Notes: a model not told the origin generated them from the sequence alone. Positions 19,780-28,902 are shown, numbered from the stretch's first letter. The stretch is 64,000 nt of DNA from an uncultured Acidobacteriaceae bacterium (GCA_963794455.1 CAWCEA010000003.1:2133263-2197262); one strand, 5' to 3'. Made by a program: numbers and translations.

Positions 19780-21564
19780 ATGCACGATACGTCTGCACAC
19801 GCAGTACATCACGCGCCTCCGACGAGCTTTATCGCCAAGCACGTCTTCAGCCTCGACCACAAGGTGATCGGAAAGCAGTATTACGGCATGGCTTTGATCG
19901 CCGCCTTCGTAGGTATGTTCCTCTCCTGGCTGATGCGCATTCACCTCGGTTGGACCAACGCCGCCATCCCCGGGCTGCAGCTGCTTTCCAAGACCGGAGC
20001 GCCCGGCGGCGTGATGACGCCCGAGTACTACCTGCAGCTCATGACCATGCACGCGACCATCATGGTCTTCTTTGTGCTGACCACGGCTCCCTTCGCGGCG
20101 TTCGGCAACTACTTTCTGCCGATCCAGGTCGGCGCGGAAGACATGCCTTTCCCGCACTTCAACATGATGTCGTTCTGGGTCACCTTCAGCGGATTCCTGG
20201 TGCTGATGTCGTCGTTCTTTGTGGCTGACGGGCCCACTCTGGGTGGCTGGACGCAATATGCCCCTCTAAGCGCCGTCGGCGCAGTCTCTGGTCCTGGACA
20301 GGGCACTGGCGTCATCTTGTGGGCGATTGCCATCGGCTTGTTCTGTGTCGGCCAGTTATTCGGCTCGCTGAACTTCATCACCACTACTCTCGACATGCGT
20401 ACCAAAGGCATGAGCATGTGGCGCCTGCCGTTAACCGTATGGGGCTGGTTCATCACCTCGATCATGGGCCTCACGGCTTTCGCAGTCCTGATGCCGGCCT
20501 GTATTCTGCTCATCCTCGACCATGTGGCCGGCACCAGCTTCTTTGTGCCCGCCGGTCTGGTGTTCAATGGCCAGCTCCAGCCGCACTCCGGCGGTTCGAC
20601 GCTTCTCTGGCAGCACCTGTTCTGGTTCTTCGGACATCCGGAGGTCTATATCGCGATCGTGCCCGGAATGGGGATTGTTTCCCACGTTCTGACGACGTCC
20701 ATGCGTAAGCCGTTGTTGAGTCATCGCGTCATGGTTTACGCCATGGGTTCGTTGGCCGTCCTCAGCTATATGGTCTATGGCCACCATATGTTCGTCAGCG
20801 GCATGAATCCGGTATCGTCGCTCGTGTTTTCCTTCCCGACACTCATCATCACCATTCCTTCAACGATTGTCGTTTTGATCTGGGTGGGAAGTTTGTACGG
20901 ATCGAGGCTGCGGATCAACTCCGCGTCGCTCTTTGCCCTGGGATTCATCTCGATGTTCATTAGCGGCGGGATCAGCGGATTCTTTTTGGCTCAGCCCTCC
21001 ATCGACATCATGCTGCACGCCACCTACTTCGTGGTCGGTCACTTCCACCTCGTGATGGCGGTGGCGGCGATGTTCGGCATCTTCGCCGGAACCTACTTCT
21101 GGTTCCCCAAGATGTTCGGCCGGATGATGAGCGAGCCCCTGGGCAAACTTCATTTCTGGTTGAGTTTCGTCGGCGCCTACTGCATCTTCATGCCGTTCCA
21201 CTACCTGGGATTGGCCGGCAACGTCCGCCGCTATCAGGCGTTCACCGATGATTACCTGCAGCCGCTGCTTCCGCTGCACAAGTTCATCACCGTCGCAGCC
21301 ATCGTCACTGGAGCGGCTCAGCTCATCTTCTTGTACAACCTGATCTATAGCCGGTTCTGGGGCAAGCCTGCACCCGACAATCCGTGGGAGGCGACGTCGC
21401 TGGAGTGGAGCACTCCTTCGTCTCCGCCGCCGTTCGATAATTTTGGCGGCACATTCCCCGAAGTCCATCATGACCCATACCAGTACGGCGTCGAAGGCGC
21501 TTCGGCCGACTACGTGATGCAGACTTCGCCAGAGGTGCTCAAGAGCGGGCACGACGAGTCTTAA
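19780..21564 (+). CDS. coxA: cytochrome c oxidase subunit I (A-family haem-copper oxidase)
   Basis: 594 aa with WFFGHPEVYIAIVPGMG, GHHMFVSGM and HFHLVMA signatures. Confidence 0.95.
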   Translation: MHDTSAHAVHHAPPTSFIAKHVFSLDHKVIGKQYYGMALIAAFVGMFLSWLMRIHLGWTNAAIPGLQLLSKTGAPGGVMTPEYYLQLMTMHATIMVFFVLTTAPFAAFGNYFLPIQVGAEDMPFPHFNMMSFWVTFSGFLVLMSSFFVADGPTLGGWTQYAPLSAVGAVSGPGQGTGVILWAIAIGLFCVGQLFGSLNFITTTLDMRTKGMSMWRLPLTVWGWFITSIMGLTAFAVLMPACILLILDHVAGTSFFVPAGLVFNGQLQPHSGGSTLLWQHLFWFFGHPEVYIAIVPGMGIVSHVLTTSMRKPLLSHRVMVYAMGSLAVLSYMVYGHHMFVSGMNPVSSLVFSFPTLIITIPSTIVVLIWVGSLYGSRLRINSASLFALGFISMFISGGISGFFLAQPSIDIMLHATYFVVGHFHLVMAVAAMFGIFAGTYFWFPKMFGRMMSEPLGKLHFWLSFVGAYCIFMPFHYLGLAGNVRRYQAFTDDYLQPLLPLHKFITVAAIVTGAAQLIFLYNLIYSRFWGKPAPDNPWEATSLEWSTPSSPPPFDNFGGTFPEVHHDPYQYGVEGASADYVMQTSPEVLKSGHDES

Positions 21565-21610
21565 GTCGCGACCGGTCAGCCCGAAACGGTAAACGAAAGC
21601 GGTTATCTTT

Positions 21611-22285
21611 ATGGCAACTACAGTTCACGAACCACCAAAATCCGGAATGGGCGCGGAGTTTCCGCTGCGGCCGAGCAATACTGGCGGCGGAAGCACCCTG
21701 ACTCCCTCTGGCGGAGATCTGCGGGCAGTGAAGAAGTATTCGCCGCCTCCCGCTTCCACCGGAATTTGGGTTGTGTTGGCCTCGATCACGATGAGCTTTC
21801 TGGCATTCACCAGCGCTCTCGTGGTGCGCCAAGGCTCGGGCTTGGACTGGCAACACCTGACTCTTCCCCCGATCCTTTATTTCAATACGCTGCTGTTAAT
21901 AGGCAGCAGTGTTGCGCTCGAAGTGGGCCGGCGCCAGGTTCGCGGATTCATGACCGCGAAGACTCTGGTCGCGAATCCGGCTCGCTGGCTGTACGTCGCG
22001 CTGTTTCTCGGCATGCTGTTTGTGGCTGGGCAGTTTACGGCGTGGTTGCAACTGCGCGCGCAGGGACTTTACCTGGCCACCAATCCCAACGCTTCGTTTT
22101 TTTACGTGCTTACCGTAATGCATGCATTGCACGTTTTCGGCGGCCTGGGTGGATTGACTCGAGTGATTCTCAAGCTGAAGCATTCGACCCTGCGCAAGAG
22201 CACGCTGGATGCGACCTCCCATTACTGGCATTTTATGGATGGTCTTTGGATCTTTTTGTTGTGGTTGTTGTGGTCGCGATTGTAA
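21611..22285 (+). CDS. coxC: cytochrome c oxidase subunit III family protein
   Basis: Five-TM subunit III pattern ending in HYWHFMDGLWIFLLWLLW. Confidence 0.85.
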   Translation: MATTVHEPPKSGMGAEFPLRPSNTGGGSTLTPSGGDLRAVKKYSPPPASTGIWVVLASITMSFLAFTSALVVRQGSGLDWQHLTLPPILYFNTLLLIGSSVALEVGRRQVRGFMTAKTLVANPARWLYVALFLGMLFVAGQFTAWLQLRAQGLYLATNPNASFFYVLTVMHALHVFGGLGGLTRVILKLKHSTLRKSTLDATSHYWHFMDGLWIFLLWLLWSRL

Positions 22286-22324
22286 CCCTGAAGCTGTAGC
22301 ACAACGAGCAGTCTAGGAGGCGAC

Positions 22325-22942
22325 TTGAGCTACGCCAGTCTACATGTACACGGACACGCCGCGGATGGAGTTCCGCCCGCGTTTGCCATTCCCGCCAAGA
22401 AAATGGCGATGTGGCTATTCATCATTGCCGATTCGGCTACCTTTGCCGCTTGTCTGGTCGCCTACGGTTTTCTCCGCATCTCCGATCCCCATTGGCCGCG
22501 ACCGTTCCATAGCATTACGAATGTGGCCGTCATGACCCTCATCTTGGTGACCAGCAGCCTCACGATGCTGCTTGGGATCGACGCGGCCAAGGCCGGCAAC
22601 AAAGCCAAAGCTTTCCGATGGACCATGATCACAGCGGTCTTCGGGATTCTCTTCGCCATCCTGCACATTCGTGAGTGGCTTGGCCTGATCGACGAAGGCA
22701 TGCGCATGTTCCAGAATCCCTGGGGCTCGGCTTTGTTCGGTGCATCCTTCTTCAGCATCACGGGTCTGCACCTCTTACACGTTACCTCCGGAGTCATCGC
22801 ACTCATCGTGGTGGGCATTCGCTTTCAGGGCGGCCGCTACAACTCCGATGACCTGGAAATCACCGGCCTTTACTGGCACTTTGTCGACCTCGTGTGGATG
22901 TTCGTTGTGCCGCTGGTCTATCTTTTGAACTTCTCCCGCTGA
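22325..22942 (+). CDS. second cytochrome c oxidase subunit III family protein
   Basis: TTG start 5 nt after an AGGAGG Shine-Dalgarno. ITGLHLLHVTSGV and GLYWHFVDLVWMFVVPLVY. Confidence 0.8.
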   Translation: MSYASLHVHGHAADGVPPAFAIPAKKMAMWLFIIADSATFAACLVAYGFLRISDPHWPRPFHSITNVAVMTLILVTSSLTMLLGIDAAKAGNKAKAFRWTMITAVFGILFAILHIREWLGLIDEGMRMFQNPWGSALFGASFFSITGLHLLHVTSGVIALIVVGIRFQGGRYNSDDLEITGLYWHFVDLVWMFVVPLVYLLNFSR

Positions 22943-22978
22943 TTTTTGCCCGGAGAGACTACGTTAGGAGAATGAATC

Positions 22979-23290
22979 ATGGCAACGGCCGAACAACATC
23001 AAAGCAGCATCGGGAAATACCTCGTCGTCTACGTTTGCATTCTGGTGATTGCCGGACTGCAATTTGTAGTCGCCTACTCGAATGTCGATGGATCCCAGAT
23101 GTTGACCCGCATGCTCATTCTGGCGTGTGCGGAGGCGCTTCTGGCGGTCTTGTTCTTCATGCATCTGTGGGTGGAAAGTCGTGGGCTCCTCTGGTTTGTG
23201 GCAATCTTCACGTTATTCGTGCTCTTCGCCATGCAATACAGTTGGACCGATAGCCTCAGGCTGCTCAACGGCGTACCCTGGGCAAGGTAG
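22979..23290 (+). CDS. coxD: cytochrome c oxidase subunit IV (prokaryotic COX4 family)
   Basis: 103 aa with three TM segments, YLVVYVCILVIAGLQFVVAY and EALLAVLFFMHL. Confidence 0.7.
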   Translation: MATAEQHQSSIGKYLVVYVCILVIAGLQFVVAYSNVDGSQMLTRMLILACAEALLAVLFFMHLWVESRGLLWFVAIFTLFVLFAMQYSWTDSLRLLNGVPWAR

Positions 23291-23334
23291 AATCGGAACC
23301 GGCAATGTTCCGAAGGTAGAGAGGTAGGAGAAAA

Positions 23335-23610
23335 ATGAGAGCTCACAGGTCGCTACGATGGATGGGCCTCTTGTTCGCTGGCCTGGTCTTGTTTTTGGCG
23401 CCGCTGCCGCTGTTCTCGCAGAATTGCGCGCTTTGCTACACGCAGGCCGCTTCTGCCGGCGGTCGGATGATCCAGGCCCTGCGCAGCGGAATTCTCATCC
23501 TTATCATTCCTCCTACCTTCATGTCAGTTGGACTGATCTTTGTCGTCTTTCGCAAAAATAATCAGGTCCGCCACACCGATGACAATGGCGATTCCGGACA
23601 AGACTGGTAA
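23335..23610 (+). CDS. small membrane protein with CxxC motif, oxidase-operon-embedded
   Basis: 91 aa. Signal or TM segment followed by QNCALCY, a second TM, and an acidic tail. The stop is 1 nt before the ctaB start. Confidence 0.5.
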   Translation: MRAHRSLRWMGLLFAGLVLFLAPLPLFSQNCALCYTQAASAGGRMIQALRSGILILIIPPTFMSVGLIFVVFRKNNQVRHTDDNGDSGQDW

Positions 23611-23611
23611 A

Positions 23612-24511
23612 ATGGCCTCTGCACACGTGATGGATACCCGGGTTTCACCGCTGACGCTGAAGTCCAAACTTCGGGACTACTACACCCTTACCAAGCCCGA
23701 AGTGAACCTGCTGATCTTGATGACAACGTCGGCGGGATACTATTTGGCTTCCCGCGGCCCCTTCCACATCGTTGGCCTGGTCAACACTCTCGTAGGAACT
23801 TTGCTGGTCGCCAGCGGCACCGCGACTCTGAATCAATGGTACGAGCGCCGCTGGGATGGCCAGATGTTGCGGACCGCCTCGCGTCCCTTGCCGGCAGGGC
23901 GCTTGAGCGCTCGCGAAGCTTTTTGGTTTGGAATGCTGCTCAGCATCGCCGGGGGCATCTATCTCGCTGTCGCTGTGAACGGACTGGCGGCCCTTCTGGC
24001 GGTTTCGACGTTGCTCTCCTACCTCTTGGTTTACACCCCACTCAAGCGCAAGACGCCGCTCTGCACCATGTTGGGCGCCATCCCCGGCGCCATGCCTACA
24101 CTCATCGGCTGGGCCGGCGCTGCAGGGGCAATCGACCGCAACGCATGGTTCCTCTTCGCCGTCCTCTTTCTGTGGCAGTTCCCGCATTTCCTGGCCATTG
24201 CGCTCATGTATCGCGATGACTACGCCCGCGCGGGTTACCGGATGTTGCCACACTTCGATCTCGACTCGCGCTTCACTCGCGCTGAGATTCTAGGTTTCAC
24301 AGTCGTCCTGATCTTGACGACGCTCTTGCCGCTTGCCGGTCACGTTGGCCCGGTGTATCTCTCGGTGGTGTCTCTGGCGAGCGTGTACCTGCTCTATCAC
24401 GTAGGCAAGCTGATGAAGTCCACCTCGAAGGTCATGGCCAGCCGGGTGGTGCATGCTTCCGTCCTTTATCTACCAGTTGTGCTCGTGATGATGATTGTCT
24501 GCAAGGCCTAA
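23612..24511 (+). CDS. ctaB: protohaem IX farnesyltransferase (haem O synthase), copy 2
   Basis: Start trimmed to ATG 23612 (MASAHVMDTRV...). YYTLTKPEVNLLILMTT, NQWYERRWDGQMLRT and WQFPHFLAIALMYRDDY. Confidence 0.85.
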   Translation: MASAHVMDTRVSPLTLKSKLRDYYTLTKPEVNLLILMTTSAGYYLASRGPFHIVGLVNTLVGTLLVASGTATLNQWYERRWDGQMLRTASRPLPAGRLSAREAFWFGMLLSIAGGIYLAVAVNGLAALLAVSTLLSYLLVYTPLKRKTPLCTMLGAIPGAMPTLIGWAGAAGAIDRNAWFLFAVLFLWQFPHFLAIALMYRDDYARAGYRMLPHFDLDSRFTRAEILGFTVVLILTTLLPLAGHVGPVYLSVVSLASVYLLYHVGKLMKSTSKVMASRVVHASVLYLPVVLVMMIVCKA

Positions 24512-24637
24512 ACGTCCGGAGACCGCGGTTTCGGTTCATGGGCTGGACTCATTGCATGCCGAGTCTAACCCGCACGCGTTCCCTTCGAATCAGAGTCGAC
24601 CATCGACGACCGACTCCGGGGTCAGTTGAGACTCGAA

Positions 24638-25825
24638 ATGCGACAGAAACTTGGATTTGCCCTCTCGATCATGCTGGTCGGCTGCATTATTCTAGGGACC
24701 CGTTATTACGAGGTGGACCTTCCCGTATGGCACTTCCTCGGCGGCGGCAAAGGACTGGACCCCATCTCGTTGCACCTGGCCGGCGAGTTCGTCGAGAGCA
24801 ATCTGGGCACGGCTGAAAACCCAGATGGCTCGTTCACCGTGCGCATGATCGCGCAGCAATATCTCTTCGTGCCGCAATGCGTCGTTGTTCCTGCCGGTGT
24901 GCCCGTGCAATTTCGAATCACTAGCGCGGACGTTTCTCACTCATTCAATATCACCGGCACTCACGACTCCATAAAAGTAGTCCCTGGCACGGTCAGCACG
25001 GCCACCTTTACGTTCTCAACGCCCGGTGACTTCGACGCGCCCTGCAACGAATTTTGCGGCGCCGGACACTTCGCCATGCGCGGCCATCTGAGAGTAGTTC
25101 CGGCGGGCCAATTCGCTGCCTTGCGCGGTGACGAGAGGAGGAGTTGTGATTCTTCGTCCGTTCGCATTCCCTCCAACGTCGAATGGACTCCTGCAACCAT
25201 CCACCAGGCTTCCAGTGGAGATGCGTTTCGCGGATTGTTGATCGCGCGGCGATGCGACCACTGTCACGGAGCTGAAGGCTTCAGTGCTGAGCCCATGATT
25301 CCGAACCTTGCCGGCATGGATCGGCTGTCGGTTTGGAAACAGCTGGAAGATTTTCGCTCGGGTAAGCGCCTGTCGCGAATGATGCAACCGATCGCAGCCC
25401 AACTCCCGGCTCAGGATGTTGTGGATGTTGCAGCTTACTATTCAATGCTCCCGACCGCTCCCGATCCACAGGACAACCGGTCGTTTCCTCAAGCCATGCT
25501 CGATCCGGAGAAAGCGCGGATGGCCGAGGATTTGATCGTCTTCGGAGACGGGCACCGCGGCATCCCGCCCTGTCAGGCGTGTCATGGTCCCGTCGGCTAC
25601 CTGAAGGGCGCGCCTCCTCTCATCCCGCAGAACGGCGATTACCTGCTTACGCAGTTGAAGCATTTCACGGACGGCAGTCGTACCAACGATATCGATGTCG
25701 TAATGCGCAGCATCGCGAAGCAGTTAACCGATGAAGAAAAGGCCGCAGTCTCCGAGTACTACGGCGCAGGCCGTGGACCTGCGGCAGGAACGCCCCACCC
25801 TGCCGGAGTTCCCGTGCAGCACTGA
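24638..25825 (+). CDS. CuA-cupredoxin (oxidase subunit II-like, single TM) fused to a dihaem cytochrome c4-like domain
   Basis: One TM, then SHSF ... CNEFCGAGHFAM (full CuA ligand set, ba3-type spacing). Two CxxCH sites follow (CDHCH, CQACH). No cognate subunit I gene is adjacent. Confidence 0.75.
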   Translation: MRQKLGFALSIMLVGCIILGTRYYEVDLPVWHFLGGGKGLDPISLHLAGEFVESNLGTAENPDGSFTVRMIAQQYLFVPQCVVVPAGVPVQFRITSADVSHSFNITGTHDSIKVVPGTVSTATFTFSTPGDFDAPCNEFCGAGHFAMRGHLRVVPAGQFAALRGDERRSCDSSSVRIPSNVEWTPATIHQASSGDAFRGLLIARRCDHCHGAEGFSAEPMIPNLAGMDRLSVWKQLEDFRSGKRLSRMMQPIAAQLPAQDVVDVAAYYSMLPTAPDPQDNRSFPQAMLDPEKARMAEDLIVFGDGHRGIPPCQACHGPVGYLKGAPPLIPQNGDYLLTQLKHFTDGSRTNDIDVVMRSIAKQLTDEEKAAVSEYYGAGRGPAAGTPHPAGVPVQH

Positions 25826-25928
25826 AGTGGTCGTCCCTCCTGACAACTCCCTGTCTCAACAAACCTCGTCGCATCTCCCTGGTCGCGTGGCATAATCTTC
25901 GGCAACGTCTTCCAGTCAGGTGCCAACC

Positions 25929-26960
25929 ATGCGTCAAGTTCTGATAGCCGTGCTGTGCTTCTCTGCCTTCTTCGTGACCAATCCCTTGCACGATGCGACC
26001 GCCAACTCCAAGCCCCTGCAGATTTATTTCATCGACGTCGAAGGCGGGCAGTCGACCTTGGTCGTGACCCCGTCCGGGCAGTCGTTGCTGATCGACGCAG
26101 GTTGGCCGGGTTACGAGGGCCGCGACGCCGACCGCATTCTGACCGCTGCCCATCAGGCCGGAATCAAGCAGCTCGACTACGTCCTCATCACGCACTACCA
26201 CCGCGACCACGTTGGCGGCGTTCCGCAGTTGGTCGATGGCATGAAGGTCGGAACCTTTGTCGATCACGGTCCGAACCTCGAAGACTCCGAAGTGACCCGC
26301 ACCGACTACGCCGCTTACGAGAAAGCGATCGCCGGCCACGCTCACGTGATCGTTAAACCCGGATGGGGACTTCCGCTCAAAGGCGTCGAAGTCCACGTCA
26401 TAACCGCCGCCGGAGATCACATCAAGAGCCCATTACCCGGGGCCGGAGAAGCGAATCCCTACTGCGGCTCCGAACCGGTCGCGGCTGTCGACGACAGCGA
26501 GAATGCCCGCTCCATCGGTCTTCTCATCACCTACGGCCATTTTCGTTTCCTCGATCTGGGTGATCTCACCAAGAAGAAGGAATTGGAAATCGCCTGCCCC
26601 AACAATCTGCTCGGTACCGTCGACCTTTTCCTCGTAACTCACCACGGGATGGATCTTTCAAACTCGAAATCCCTGGTGTGGGCGGTGCATCCGCGAGTCG
26701 CGATTTTCGACAACGGCGCTCGCAAGGGAGCGAGTCCTGCGGCCTGGCAAATCGTCCACGATTCTCCCGGCATTGAGGATGTCTGGCAGCTTCACTACGC
26801 CGCCCAGTCCGACAAAGACCACAACGTCGCCGACGACCGAATCGCCAACGTGAAAGAGAACTGCGAAGGAAAGTACCTCAAAGTTTCCGCGCAAGCCGAC
26901 GGCACGTTCACAGTAACAAACAGCCGCACGGGCGCCGAAAAAACGTACTCGAAACCATAA
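25929..26960 (+). CDS. secreted MBL-fold metallo-hydrolase
   Basis: Signal peptide, THYHRDHVGG metal-binding motif and a ComEC/lactamase_B-like layout. Confidence 0.8.
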   Translation: MRQVLIAVLCFSAFFVTNPLHDATANSKPLQIYFIDVEGGQSTLVVTPSGQSLLIDAGWPGYEGRDADRILTAAHQAGIKQLDYVLITHYHRDHVGGVPQLVDGMKVGTFVDHGPNLEDSEVTRTDYAAYEKAIAGHAHVIVKPGWGLPLKGVEVHVITAAGDHIKSPLPGAGEANPYCGSEPVAAVDDSENARSIGLLITYGHFRFLDLGDLTKKKELEIACPNNLLGTVDLFLVTHHGMDLSNSKSLVWAVHPRVAIFDNGARKGASPAAWQIVHDSPGIEDVWQLHYAAQSDKDHNVADDRIANVKENCEGKYLKVSAQADGTFTVTNSRTGAEKTYSKP

Positions 26961-26973
26961 TTTGTACGCAAAC

Positions 26974-27019
26974 GTAGCGCCGCCGTCCCGGCGGCTGTCG
27001 GGGAGGCGTCTCGCCCCCG
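26974..27019 (+). repeat. double-hairpin intergenic repeat, family 1, copy 1
   Basis: GTAGC-GCCGCCG-TCC-CGGCGGC-TGTCG-GGGAGGCG-TCT-CGCCCCC-G. It shares its architecture with the copies at 51146, 52900, 59757 and 59931. Confidence 0.7.
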
Positions 27020-27041
27020 CGCCCAAAGCAGTCGGAGCGCT

Positions 27042-27554
27042 ATGAATATGAAACCGCAATCCTCCACCATGATCGTGATTGTGATGGGAGTCGTCGGCGC
27101 CGGAAAGACGACCGTCGGCCGCATGCTGGCCACGCAACTCGGATGGCTGTTCGCCGATGCCGACGATTTTCATCCGCAGCCGAACGTTGAGAAAATTAGC
27201 CACGGCATCCCCCTCACTGACGACGATCGACGACCCTGGCTGGAACATCTCCGCGCCGCCATCGACAATTGGATAGCCCAAAGAAGCAGCGTCGTCCTCG
27301 CATGCTCGGCGTTGAAACGCAGCTATCGGCAGGAACTCGAAGCTGGCCCCGAGGTCCGCTTTGTATACCTGAAGGGAAGTGCAAACCTGATCGCAGAGCG
27401 CCTGCGCGAGCGTCACGGACACTTCGCTGGCGAACAAATCCTCGCCAGCCAATTCGCAGATCTGGAAGAACCGAAACACGCGGTTGTTGTAAGCATCTCC
27501 CAAACTCCAGAAGAAATTGCGGCCGAGATTCGGCAAAAGCTCGGATTAGCGTAG
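27042..27554 (+). CDS. gntK: gluconokinase
   Basis: P-loop GVVGAGKTTVG, then ADADDFHP and PLTDDDRRPWL, typical of GntK/IdnK. Confidence 0.85.
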   Translation: MNMKPQSSTMIVIVMGVVGAGKTTVGRMLATQLGWLFADADDFHPQPNVEKISHGIPLTDDDRRPWLEHLRAAIDNWIAQRSSVVLACSALKRSYRQELEAGPEVRFVYLKGSANLIAERLRERHGHFAGEQILASQFADLEEPKHAVVVSISQTPEEIAAEIRQKLGLA

Positions 27555-27603
27555 AATCCTCGCACCGCCCACAAGGCTTCTCACGGACGATCACAAAACG
27601 CCC

Positions 27604-28902
27604 TTGGAAACCACTCCCCACCCCCTCGAATCCGGCGCTGTTTCGCGACTGATGTGGCGGCTGATGCCGTTTCTCTTTCTCCTCTACATCGTCGCCTACC
27701 TCGATCGCATCAACGTCAGCTTCGGCGTTCTGCAGATGCGGGGACAGCTTGGTCTGAGCGAGCGCGTGATTGGGCGTGCCTCAGGAATCTTCTTTATCGG
27801 CTACTTCTTTTTCCAACTCCCCAGCAATCTGGTGCTGGAGAAGTTCGGCGTCCGGCGCTGGATCTCAGCCTTAATGATTACTTGGGGCGTCATCTCTTGC
27901 CTCATGATCTTCATCCGGGGACCGCTGAGCTTTTACACGATGCGCTTCCTGCTAGGTGCCGCCGAAGCAGGATTTTTTCCCGGCATCATTCTCTACATGA
28001 AGCACTGGTTTCCGGCCCGCGCTCGGGCGCGAGCCGTGGCATGGTTCATGACGGCGAACCCGCTGGCCGGCATTATCGGCAGCCCAATCTCCGGGGCCTT
28101 GCTCGGCCTTCACGGAAGCGGCCTCTCGGGATGGCAGTGGATGTTCCTGATCGAAGGCATGCCCGCCATTCTGCTCGGCGCCGCTGTATTTTGGACCCTT
28201 GCCGACACGCCCCGAGACGCCAAATGGTTGCAACCCGAAGAGCGAGACTTGCTGCTCAAGAACCTGGCCACCGAGCGGCAATCCGACGCGGGACTAACCA
28301 AGAGCAGCGTCTTGGCCGCCATCTTCAGCCTCAGGATTTGGCTCTTGTCGCTGGTCTACTTCGGCGTCTCGACCACGATGTACGGCGTTACCTTGTGGCT
28401 GCCGAGCGTGATCAAGTCGCTATCCGGACTCGGCAATTTCGCGATCAGCCTGATCGCGATTCTTCCGTTCCTCGTGACCACGATCATCATGGTGCTGGTT
28501 GGCCTGCACTCTGATCGCAGCGGTGAGCGTCGCTGGCACACCGCGGTTCCGGCCTTCGTGGCGGGCGCGGCGCTAATATGCGCGGCTTACGGGAGTTCCA
28601 CTGCGGTGGTGGTAGCCGCGATTGGCCTTGGCCTGGCTGGCGCCGAAGCCATGGTAGGCCCCTTCTGGGCAATGGCAACGTCGCGGATGGAAGGCCTGTC
28701 AGCTGCCGCCGGAATCGCGGTTATCAACTCCATCGCCAACCTCGGAGGCTACTTCGGCCCAGATATTATCGGCTTCTTCCGAAGCGTGGGAGGCGGCTTC
28801 CGCGGCGGCCTGCTGGCGATCGGCGCCACCGTAGCTGTGAGTGGCATAATCGCGCTCGTAGTGGGGCGCCGGGCGGCCTCCCGGACCGCGCCCCTACATT
28901 GA
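27604..28902 (+). CDS. MFS transporter (anion:cation symporter-like)
   Basis: 432 aa with about 12 TM segments. DRINVSF and RRW motifs match ACS-family MFS. Confidence 0.8.
   Translation: METTPHPLESGAVSRLMWRLMPFLFLLYIVAYLDRINVSFGVLQMRGQLGLSERVIGRASGIFFIGYFFFQLPSNLVLEKFGVRRWISALMITWGVISCLMIFIRGPLSFYTMRFLLGAAEAGFFPGIILYMKHWFPARARARAVAWFMTANPLAGIIGSPISGALLGLHGSGLSGWQWMFLIEGMPAILLGAAVFWTLADTPRDAKWLQPEERDLLLKNLATERQSDAGLTKSSVLAAIFSLRIWLLSLVYFGVSTTMYGVTLWLPSVIKSLSGLGNFAISLIAILPFLVTTIIMVLVGLHSDRSGERRWHTAVPAFVAGAALICAAYGSSTAVVVAAIGLGLAGAEAMVGPFWAMATSRMEGLSAAAGIAVINSIANLGGYFGPDIIGFFRSVGGGFRGGLLAIGATVAVSGIIALVVGRRAASRTAPLH

Noticed and set aside
27654-28514. 286-aa alternative-frame ORF inside the MFS transporter gene
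   Set aside because: Its Arg/Pro-rich composition has no TM pattern, and the MFS frame is clearly the coding one.
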